Source of the DNA: an uncultured Thermoplasmata archaeon | Lineage (GTDB): Archaea > Thermoplasmatota > Thermoplasmata > UBA10834 | Length of the DNA stretch: 64,000 nt | Direction: 5' to 3' | NCBI GenBank assembly: GCA_963719945.1 | Contig: CAVRDX010000001.1 | Span: forward strand, 672,001-736,000 | In this document: one piece after another, positions 41,359-49,702 of the stretch | Numbering within the stretch: the stretch's first letter is position 1 | Layout of the letters: each line of letters opens with the position of its first letter | Translations under genes and position numbers: made by a program | Notes under the pieces: generated by a model | The model's database searches: none | The model's input: only the letters and a program-made list of their open reading frames with translations | Told to the model about the DNA's origin: nothing

Positions 41359-41670
41359 TCTCGACATTCCATGTATTCTTGTATGGATTCGATAAACCAA
41401 GTCAGGACATCGGAGTTCCAAAGGAGCATAGTGTCCTCTGCCGGACAATCTGGGCGATGCAAATCTCATATCTATCACGGGTTCGGTGCTTTCCTAGGAG
41501 ACACTTCAGACTTGCATGCAGGCCGACCCTGAGCGACACATTCGACCACAGCGACGATAGCTGACATCTGGAAGGTCTTTCTCCCTATAGTTTCGAGGAG
41601 ATTTACAAGATACAGGAAGTTCTTTAAGAGCGGCAAGGCCTGCAAACATGTATTCGCATTCAGTGGAGAG

Positions 41671-41910
41671 ATGACAAACATGGAAATGGATTCATTGGAG
41701 AGAGAATTAAGTGATTCTATATCTCGGTTCTTGAAGGAAAGAGGGATAACAGAACCAAGAATAGCGATCAAGAGCAAGAACGCCTCCAGGAGGCTGCCAA
41801 TACGAGCACAAGGCGTAACACATCGAGAGGGCTTTGTGGAATGGGAACGTCCAAGGATGAACATAACCAAGATGAAAATATCCATCGTCTTTTCATCACT
41901 GGAACCTTGA
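41671..41910 (+). CDS. Small hypothetical protein
   Basis: GGAGAG RBS and TTTAAG upstream; no motif. Confidence 0.45.
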   Translation: MTNMEMDSLERELSDSISRFLKERGITEPRIAIKSKNASRRLPIRAQGVTHREGFVEWERPRMNITKMKISIVFSSLEP

Positions 41911-42035
41911 TAAGGTCATCTACAATCCTCTGCAGTCAAAGAGAATCTACACTAGATGTAATTACGATCGATATGAGTGGAACTCCACAGAAAAGCCGAT
42001 AGTCCCACCATACACTAATGTGGCTGGGATTCGAA

Positions 42036-42239
42036 ATGAAGTGTCCGAATTGCGACCACATGAATGCCAGCTATTCATTATTCTGTGGGATATGTGGTGC
42101 AGAACTGATCACATTTGAGCGCAATGAAGCACCGAAAGCCATCGATCTAGAGAGCAGCGGAACGGGTTCGTCATCTTTCTTCGATCTGGCATGTTGGCTG
42201 TTTCTGGGCGTATTGGAATTCGCTTCGGGATTCCTATGA
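42036..42239 (+). CDS. Zinc-ribbon microprotein with hydrophobic C-terminus
   Basis: MKCPNC..N....FCGICG, C-terminal hydrophobic helix. Confidence 0.65.
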   Translation: MKCPNCDHMNASYSLFCGICGAELITFERNEAPKAIDLESSGTGSSSFFDLACWLFLGVLEFASGFL

Positions 42240-42372
42240 ATTCGATTACATCATATGCAATAACTCGTTGATTCAGGCTTCCATTTGACAATGGGAACGG
42301 AATCACGTATTATCGAAAATCTGGCAATATATGGATGAACCACCGCGTCAATAGTATCGTGAGGAGGAGAAA

Positions 42373-42534
42373 ATGGCCCAACAAATAACCATCCAGCCAC
42401 CACATGATGATGTAGCAAATCTCGAATACGATAAGGGTGGGCGCTTCCGAATGAGCGGACGTGGCGCCATCGCACTATTGATCATAATCACGCTATTGTT
42501 GGTAGCATACTGGATCCTCGATCAGATGCTATAG
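42373..42534 (+). CDS. 53-aa tail-anchored microprotein (below the ORF-track cutoff)
   Basis: Strong GAGGAGG RBS; MAQQITIQPPHDDVANLEYDKGGRFRMSGRGAIALLIIITLLLVAYWILDQML. Confidence 0.65.
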   Translation: MAQQITIQPPHDDVANLEYDKGGRFRMSGRGAIALLIIITLLLVAYWILDQML

Positions 42535-42614
42535 TCCACCCAAGAGTCAGCGTGAGTCATTTCAATCAGATCAGAAAGAATCATGAAATATGAGATCATT
42601 CGGCATTTGATAAG

Positions 42615-43019
42615 ATGGATATCAGAAACTCCGTCGCAACCTATTCGATAATAATCGGAATCATGATGGCAGCAATGTGGTCAGTGTTCGCCTTGACAGA
42701 CCAGATACCGGAATTCGAATCCAGCCCTCTTGAGATATCTTTCCATCTAGCAGCAGAACTGACGACCGCATTCGCATTGATACTTGGAGGAGTGACCATT
42801 GCGACAAGGAAGCATTGGGGATATTCAGTCAACATGATCGGATTAGGCATGCTGGCTTATACCGTGATAGTCAGCCCGGGCTACTATGCTGAATCAGGAG
42901 AGTTCGCATTCGTGGCCATGTTCGTGGTCTTGATGATTCTGACCCTTCTGTTCATCGTGATCTCCATCGTGAGGAAGGAGGATTTCCGTACAGAGAAGCT
43001 CGGTAGCGCAAATACGTGA
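42615..43019 (+). CDS. Four-TM membrane protein
   Basis: Four hydrophobic helices; FHLAAE and SPGYYA motifs. Confidence 0.8.
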   Translation: MDIRNSVATYSIIIGIMMAAMWSVFALTDQIPEFESSPLEISFHLAAELTTAFALILGGVTIATRKHWGYSVNMIGLGMLAYTVIVSPGYYAESGEFAFVAMFVVLMILTLLFIVISIVRKEDFRTEKLGSANT

Positions 43020-43096
43020 ATACGCGGTGGATTGATCAGCTCTTATGCAAAATCGGCGAAAGGATATTCTCATCCCGAACCCCAATACGGATGTTG

Positions 43097-43498
43097 ATGA
43101 CAGAAGAGGTGGAAGTATCCGACGAGGAGTTGAGACGCAGACTGACTCCGAAGAGGTACAAGGTGCTCAGAGAAAAGGGAACTGAGGCACCATTTTCAGG
43201 TGAATTGCTTTACAATAAGAGGAATGGAAAGTACCTATGTGCCACTTGTGGGAACCAGCTTTTCGGATCTGAGACCAAGTACGATTCTGGATCAGGATGG
43301 CCCAGTTTCTGGGCACCTCTGTCAGAAGAGAGCATCGCAGAGACAGAAGATAATTCGATAGAACTGAGACGCACGGAACTTGTCTGCAGCAAATGCGGAA
43401 GCCATCTAGGTCATGTGTTCGATGATGGCCCTGCACCGACGGGAAGAAGGTACTGCATCAACTCGCTATCTCTCGACTTCGAAGAATCGAAGAAGTAA
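43097..43498 (+). CDS. msrB: Peptide-methionine (R)-S-oxide reductase
   Basis: GTEAPF, GWPSF, HLGHVF.DGP, RYCINS. Confidence 0.96.
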   Translation: MTEEVEVSDEELRRRLTPKRYKVLREKGTEAPFSGELLYNKRNGKYLCATCGNQLFGSETKYDSGSGWPSFWAPLSEESIAETEDNSIELRRTELVCSKCGSHLGHVFDDGPAPTGRRYCINSLSLDFEESKK

Positions 43499-43565
43499 AG
43501 ATCCTTTTAACAGAATTAATAGAGAACTAGGAAATGGTTTCTGTCGCACTGAACGGGTGAACAGA

Positions 43566-45056
43566 TCATCCGCCTGGTGACGAGGTACCGATCTTCAGGA
43601 ACTCCTCTTCTTCCTTCAAAGCCTGCTCGAATATCTCGAAGCCTTTCTCCAGTTGAGCTTTAGATATGCAGAGCGGTGGGGCAATCCTGAAGACATTGCC
43701 GTAAAAGCCAGAAGTGATCGTCATCAGACCGGACCTCCAGCACTTACCTTGGATATTGGTCGCCTCGTGTGGTTCCTTCGTGTACTGGTTCTTGACCAAT
43801 TCGACTCCGATCATGAGACCTCGGCCACGCACATCACCGATGATCTCGCGGCGCAGAGACATCTCTTTGAGCAACTTCGTCGCGTACTCGCCGAGCTTCG
43901 CAGCCCTGTCCACGAGGTTCTCCTCGATGATGGCCTGGACATGTGCGAGTCCTGCAGCCATCGTGATCGCATTGCCACCGAATGTCGATGAATGAGAGCC
44001 TGGTCTCCACTTCCTCATTATGTCGTGCTTGGCGATTATGGCACCAAGGGGCACGCCGCCTCCAAGGGCCTTTCCCATCACGAGGATGTCCGGGACCGTG
44101 TTGAAATGCTCGCACGCGAACATCTTGCCAGTCCGCGCGAAACCAGTCTGAACCTCGTCCATGACGAGAAGTGCATTCTGGGCTTCGCATATCTTTTTCA
44201 GTTGCGGGAGGAACTCTTTAGGCGGCACGACATAGCCACCCTCGCCTTGGATAGGTTCCACGAAGATCGATGCGATCTGGTTAGTTGTGCCACCAAGCTG
44301 CAGGACCTGGTTCTCGAGATAATCCATGCACCACATGCCGCATTCCGGGTATGTCTGCTTGAAAGCACACCTGTAGCAATAGGCATATGGCGAGAATATT
44401 ATTCCAGGAGACATCGGGCCGTAACTGTACCTGAGCTTCAACTTGCTCGTCAGAGCGAGACCCGCGCCGACACGGCCGTGATATGAACCGAAGAATGCGA
44501 CATGCTCGCTCCTCTTCGTATGATATCTGGACAACTTGAACGCGGCTTCCACGGCCTCTGCACCGCTGTTGCCGAAGAACGTGCCCTTGAGAGCCTTGTT
44601 TGGAGATATCTCGTGCAATAGCTTCGCGAAGTACGCCTCCTTGTCGAAGTACGCATCGTTGGCCATCGAGTGGATGAGTTTTGCCGCCTGATCCTGGATA
44701 GCCTTTGTGACCTTGTAATGGGTCCATCCTGCGTTCTGAACAGCAATTCCTGACGAGAAATCGAGCAGAACGTTCCCGTCGGCATCCATTACAGCTGCGC
44801 CGGATGCCCTGTCGATAGTGAACGTGAAACACCGGTCGTATGCATATGATACGTAGTCCCGGTCAATCTTGATGATCTCTTTGCTCTTTGGACCTGGAGC
44901 CCTGATTGATATCTTAGGTGCGTCCCTTGCCCAGGAGGCAACCCAACTCGGCAGAGGGAACTCCTCCGCTTGGGCTTTCGCCTGCTCCTCACTTTCAATG
45001 GATTTCGTCTGCTTGATCGGTTCTGCGACCGACTCATCCTCCACCATTTCACTCAT
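43566..45056 (-). CDS. Class-III PLP aminotransferase (4-aminobutyrate/omega-amine type)
   Basis: NSGAEAVE, EPIQGEGG, DEVQTGFARTG, GKALGGG, HSSTFGGN. Confidence 0.92.
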   Translation of the reverse strand: MSEMVEDESVAEPIKQTKSIESEEQAKAQAEEFPLPSWVASWARDAPKISIRAPGPKSKEIIKIDRDYVSYAYDRCFTFTIDRASGAAVMDADGNVLLDFSSGIAVQNAGWTHYKVTKAIQDQAAKLIHSMANDAYFDKEAYFAKLLHEISPNKALKGTFFGNSGAEAVEAAFKLSRYHTKRSEHVAFFGSYHGRVGAGLALTSKLKLRYSYGPMSPGIIFSPYAYCYRCAFKQTYPECGMWCMDYLENQVLQLGGTTNQIASIFVEPIQGEGGYVVPPKEFLPQLKKICEAQNALLVMDEVQTGFARTGKMFACEHFNTVPDILVMGKALGGGVPLGAIIAKHDIMRKWRPGSHSSTFGGNAITMAAGLAHVQAIIEENLVDRAAKLGEYATKLLKEMSLRREIIGDVRGRGLMIGVELVKNQYTKEPHEATNIQGKCWRSGLMTITSGFYGNVFRIAPPLCISKAQLEKGFEIFEQALKEEEEFLKIGTSSPGG

Positions 45057-45059
45057 CCC

Positions 45060-45494
45060 TTATTCCTCCCGAGACGGATCGAGAGTCAATGCACCTGTCT
45101 GGCACGCCTTGACGCATTTGGCTTCGCCCAGACACATATCACACATATATGCAGTTTCTATCCCGAACTCTCCCTCGAAGAAGCACGCATCGTATGGGCA
45201 CCTAGGTATGCAGGCCATGCAAGCGAAGCATCTGTGCTCGTCGAGGGTCCAATACTTCTTGTCGCCATGGAACTCAATGAGGGCTGAGGGACAGACCTCG
45301 CTGGGAGGACATTCCTCGCAATGCACGCATACGGTCGCTTTGTACTTGTCCTCCGCCTTGGATATCTTGATACGAGAGCGATCAATCGCTACGCTAGACT
45401 TGTGCATTTCCTTACAGATCTTTTCGCATTCCAGGCATCCGTTGCACTTGTCGGAGTGGAACACTACCCCAAATTTCTTTTTCGCAGAGCCCAT
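45060..45494 (-). CDS. 4Fe-4S dicluster electron-transfer protein
   Basis: Four CxxC(xxC)-type cysteine motifs. Confidence 0.9.
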   Translation of the reverse strand: MGSAKKKFGVVFHSDKCNGCLECEKICKEMHKSSVAIDRSRIKISKAEDKYKATVCVHCEECPPSEVCPSALIEFHGDKKYWTLDEHRCFACMACIPRCPYDACFFEGEFGIETAYMCDMCLGEAKCVKACQTGALTLDPSREE

Positions 45495-45893
45495 CTATGT
45501 ACCCTCCTGAGTTGCCACACCCGTTGAAATGTTGAGTGCGCCGAGTCAGGGAGACTTACTCCTGCAGCTCTCCAGTAAGCCTCTGATACCATATATATTC
45601 TTGGAATCGGGGGTATTTGTAGCTTCCCTTCTTACAATTACCAGTCAGACTTTATGAATAATATTCAATCGGACACGGTTAAAGCTTGAATAATTCACAA
45701 TTCGCTCATTTGTATCGATTGCCTTTCGACTACGGCAATATTGGTGGTGAAAAATAGTTATCATCTGCATTGATATATATTGTTGTCTATATTTTTATAC
45801 TCACATAGAATTGAATCGAGGCATTCGGTCCAGACATCAAAATAGAGAGTGAAAAGGCATCTGCAAAAGAAAGATGCCGAGTTTAAGTATCTT

Positions 45894-47741
45894 TCAGCGC
45901 AAATAGCTCAGTTTCGGTACGATATCCCCGAGACCAGCCTTTTCGAGTGTCTCTCTTGTCGGCTTGCCATCGGAATCCCATCCCCAGAGAGAATAGTACT
46001 CGGACAACATCCTCTCGAATGATTCCTTCGATACTGCCTTGCCCTGAGTCTTGCCAGATGGAAGAGGAGACTTCGCCATCTTATCTGGAAGCGTGTCATC
46101 CTTCCTCGCGAATCCTTCCCTGACATTGAATGCACGAGTAAGGTTCCATATCCTGCGGCCGAGAGTGCGAAGGTGTTCCTCGCTGGATGGCACGCCAGTC
46201 ACCGCACTGTAGTATTTCGCCATATTGGGGAAGTTCACACCGTAGAAGTCACAGAATATGAAACTCCATTTGATGCTGGTCCTCGTCTGATCCTCCACGC
46301 ATGTCGCTGCCTTTCCCTCCGGGTCCCAAGGATTCGCGCTGCCATAGGCATCGCCTGCGACAGGCCATGCACGCAGATGACAAGCGCCCCTGTCGGATGT
46401 CGCGTATGCAAGGGCCATTCCTATGCTGCCCCTGGGATCATACGCGGGATATTCCATCCCCTTGACTGCGACCACCATCGCTTCAGCGCCTTTGCCGATC
46501 TTCTGAGCGGCACGTTTGGTACCGTCGGCGAGCAATGCCCCGATGTTCTGCCTTCTGGCGATCATCGCAGGCATCTTGACATATGCTTCGGCATTGCCGA
46601 ACCTCATGTCCAGTCCTCCGAAGTCGTCCTTGGACAGAACCCCTTTCTCATAGAGCTCCATCGCCATTGCGACAGCGTTGCCGGTCGATATCGAATCCAG
46701 ACCCTCCCTGTCGCACTCCTCAACGAACTTGATCACTGCCTCTACATCCTTTATACCACAGTTGGACCCACACAGTCCCAGGGTCTCATACTCAGGGCCC
46801 TCGGAAGCGGAATCCTTGAAGATGCCGCTCCTCACCTTGGCCCATGTTCCGCATGCTAGTGCGCAATCGAAGCATGCCCTCTTACGAACGAAGACCCTTG
46901 ATTTGATCGCCTCGGAGTTGATGCCATCGTGTCCGTCGAAGGTACCATCGTTCCAGTTCCTCGTCGGAAGTATTCCAGCGTCATTACTCATCTCCACAAG
47001 GATCGGCGTGCCATCGGTGATCATCCCTGCGTGATCTGGATTATCCACGACATCAGTACGTATCATCTCTTTGGCCATCTTCAACAGGCCATCCATGTCC
47101 GGAACCTCGACGCCGAGGGAACCCTTTGCCGCGATGGCCTTTAGGTTCTTGGAACCGAAGACCGCACCTGTGCCACCCCGGCCAGCGTTCCTAGTGAGAT
47201 CGCTCGTGACGCTCGATATGAGGCCGACATGCTCGCCGGCCGGTCCGATGCTCGCGACCCTTGCCATCTTCTGCCCGGTCTCCTTCCGGACGATTTCCTC
47301 AGTCGCGTAAGTATCCTTACCCCAGAGGTTCTTGGCATCGCGTATCTCCACTCTGCCATCGTTGAGCCAGAGATAGACCGGTTTGGACGCCTTGCCCGTT
47401 ATGATCATACCGTCGAATCCAGAATACTTGATCTCCGGTCCGAAGAAACCTCCGGCATAGCTGTCCAGGAAAGTCCCGGTCAAAGGAGATTTGGTTACTA
47501 TGACATACCTGCTGGTCAGAGGGACCAGCGTGCCCACGAGTGGGCCTGTCCACACCGAGAGTATGTTCTCTGGTGAGAGTGGGTCTGTGCCAGGCTTGAG
47601 CTCCTCGAACAGATACTTGGCGCCGAGACCTTTCCCTCCAATATACTGCTTCGCCCACTCCTTGTTGAGTGGCTCGGTGGATATCTTCTCATTCGTCAGA
47701 TCGACTCTCAGAACCTTGCCAGTATATCCGTCAGCAGTCAT
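45894..47741 (-). CDS. Aldehyde:ferredoxin oxidoreductase family (tungstopterin)
   Basis: KSPLTG, AGRGGTGAVFGSKNLKAI, GPEYET, D..GLDSIS, DRGACH. Confidence 0.95.
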   Translation of the reverse strand: MTADGYTGKVLRVDLTNEKISTEPLNKEWAKQYIGGKGLGAKYLFEELKPGTDPLSPENILSVWTGPLVGTLVPLTSRYVIVTKSPLTGTFLDSYAGGFFGPEIKYSGFDGMIITGKASKPVYLWLNDGRVEIRDAKNLWGKDTYATEEIVRKETGQKMARVASIGPAGEHVGLISSVTSDLTRNAGRGGTGAVFGSKNLKAIAAKGSLGVEVPDMDGLLKMAKEMIRTDVVDNPDHAGMITDGTPILVEMSNDAGILPTRNWNDGTFDGHDGINSEAIKSRVFVRKRACFDCALACGTWAKVRSGIFKDSASEGPEYETLGLCGSNCGIKDVEAVIKFVEECDREGLDSISTGNAVAMAMELYEKGVLSKDDFGGLDMRFGNAEAYVKMPAMIARRQNIGALLADGTKRAAQKIGKGAEAMVVAVKGMEYPAYDPRGSIGMALAYATSDRGACHLRAWPVAGDAYGSANPWDPEGKAATCVEDQTRTSIKWSFIFCDFYGVNFPNMAKYYSAVTGVPSSEEHLRTLGRRIWNLTRAFNVREGFARKDDTLPDKMAKSPLPSGKTQGKAVSKESFERMLSEYYSLWGWDSDGKPTRETLEKAGLGDIVPKLSYLR

Positions 47742-47746
47742 CAGGA

Positions 47747-48151
47747 TCACCTACTCAGGACGCCCTTGGGACATACCTCGACGCATTGAGGATTGCCATT
47801 ACACAGGTCACACTTGATCGAATAAGAGCCGGATGGGTCCAGCCAGCAACCATTGTACGGGCACACATCCACGCAGGCCCCACACGCAGTGCACTCATCC
47901 TTGTCGACATAGTAGATGCCGAGCGACTCGTTCAACTTTATCGCTTCGACAGGGCACGCCTCGACGCAGGGGTGCTCGTCACAGTGTGTGCAGTGATTCA
48001 TCCTGAACTCGCCTGGTTCTGGGAACACATCCTCAACATTGATCCGCGACTCACTCGGGTTGAACTTCCCCGTGTGGGATGCAGAGCATATGAGGGCACA
48101 CATCTGGCAACCAGTGCACTTATCGAGATCGGCTTTCAGGCCCTTACTCAT
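47747..48151 (-). CDS. 4Fe-4S dicluster protein (AOR partner)
   Basis: CTGCQMC, CTHC...CVEACP, CTACGAC..VCP, CDLC. Confidence 0.92.
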   Translation of the reverse strand: MSKGLKADLDKCTGCQMCALICSASHTGKFNPSESRINVEDVFPEPGEFRMNHCTHCDEHPCVEACPVEAIKLNESLGIYYVDKDECTACGACVDVCPYNGCWLDPSGSYSIKCDLCNGNPQCVEVCPKGVLSR

Positions 48152-48560
48152 TGGTTTCGTCCTCCTAACGTCAATTTCTCACCATTTACAGGATGATACC
48201 GGGGGCTCCGCTGATTCATGTTCGTTGTGTTCCGAAATCTGAACGCAACTCCCCAGGCACCAATCCCCTAGTCTAATCGCGTCTTGAGAATGCAGGTCCG
48301 GCATTTAGTACTTGTCGGTTTTATTCACCAGCCAGCCTGAACAATTTCTAATAGTCACGATGAGCCAGACGCCCGGATGGATATGCTAGATAGAGCGTAT
48401 CGATGCACTGAGTCCTCAATCAAGTGATATAAATATTAATCAACGGATATTCAATGCGACCTTGATTCTATATCAATCAAGGACTTCCTGCAGAAATGAG
48501 GATTGCGCGTCCCTTGACGCTCAAAAAATAGTTATACGAATCAGTCCTAATGCGCAGAAC

Positions 48561-49334
48561 ATGATTGCCGAGGGCACCAAGGTCCTTCTGATAGACTCAC
48601 AGGAGAAGAGAGTCATCGTGACTGCATCGAGAAAGATCCTCGAGGTCGGTGCGCTCGGCGTGATCGATGGCAGCAAGGTCTGCGATTCCTCATTCGGAGA
48701 GAAGCTCAGCATAGGTGGACGCGATTTCCTTCTTGTTCGACCGAGTGTCAGGGATATCCTCCGCATTATCGAGAGGAGAGCACAGATAATGGTCCCGAAG
48801 GACAGCTTCCTGATACCGATGTATCTTGACCTGGGAGCCGGGAGCAAGGTCCTCGAAGCGGGCGTCGGCTCGGGTGCCCTGACTATCGTCTTGCTGAAAG
48901 CAGTCGCCCCCAGCGGAAAGGTCGTGTCATACGATTTGCGAGAGGACCACGCGGTGATAGCCAAGAAGAATGTCATGCTCACCGATAACGGTCCGATCTG
49001 GAATCTGAGGATAGGCGATATCTGCACCACGGAGCTGGAAAATGATTTCGACGCGGTCGTGCTGGACATGCCTAACCCATGGGACGCTCTGGAGAACGTG
49101 ACGGGAGCACTGACGATCGGCGGTCAGATATGCTGTTACGTCCCCAACACGAACCAGTTGCATAAGGCCGTCGCTAAGATGGAGGACTTGCGACTATCAG
49201 ACATCCATGCATTCGAGACATTGCAGAGGGAGATGATAGTCCACGAAGGGGGCGTACGACCAAGCTTCGATATGCTCGGCCATACGGGCTACATGGTGTT
49301 CTCAAGGAAGGTCAGAGCGGTCAGACCAGAATGA
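48561..49334 (+). CDS. trmI: tRNA (adenine-57/58-N1)-methyltransferase
   Basis: RRAQIMVPKD, EAGVGSGAL, LDMPNPW, GHTGY. Confidence 0.92.
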   Translation: MIAEGTKVLLIDSQEKRVIVTASRKILEVGALGVIDGSKVCDSSFGEKLSIGGRDFLLVRPSVRDILRIIERRAQIMVPKDSFLIPMYLDLGAGSKVLEAGVGSGALTIVLLKAVAPSGKVVSYDLREDHAVIAKKNVMLTDNGPIWNLRIGDICTTELENDFDAVVLDMPNPWDALENVTGALTIGGQICCYVPNTNQLHKAVAKMEDLRLSDIHAFETLQREMIVHEGGVRPSFDMLGHTGYMVFSRKVRAVRPE

Positions 49335-49454
49335 TGGACACGAGATAGAATGGGATTCACACCGTGATACCTTTGACCGATTGTACTCCATCCTTGCAGT
49401 CAGACCCCCTAAAGCTAAGTATACGCTTGTCTAATGCACCAGCGGTGAGCAGGG

Positions 49455-49694
49455 ATGGTTGTTGCTGAAGTCAGGGTCGAGCTCAAGAAGGGCGTTGCGG
49501 ACCCTGAGGGTAAGAACACACTCAAAGCACTGGAATTGCTGGGCTTCGAAGGCATCAAGGACGTCAAGAGCGTCAAGGTCTTCGAGATCGAGATGGACGG
49601 ATCCTCAAAGGATGTCGAGAAGAAGGTAGATGACATGTGCAGGAAGCTCATCGCCAACCCGGTCATCCACAACTACTCGATCACATTGAAGTGA
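49455..49694 (+). CDS. purS: FGAM synthase subunit PurS
   Basis: DPEG, LIANPVI. Confidence 0.95.
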   Translation: MVVAEVRVELKKGVADPEGKNTLKALELLGFEGIKDVKSVKVFEIEMDGSSKDVEKKVDDMCRKLIANPVIHNYSITLK

Positions 49695-49702
49695 GGGACA
49701 GG

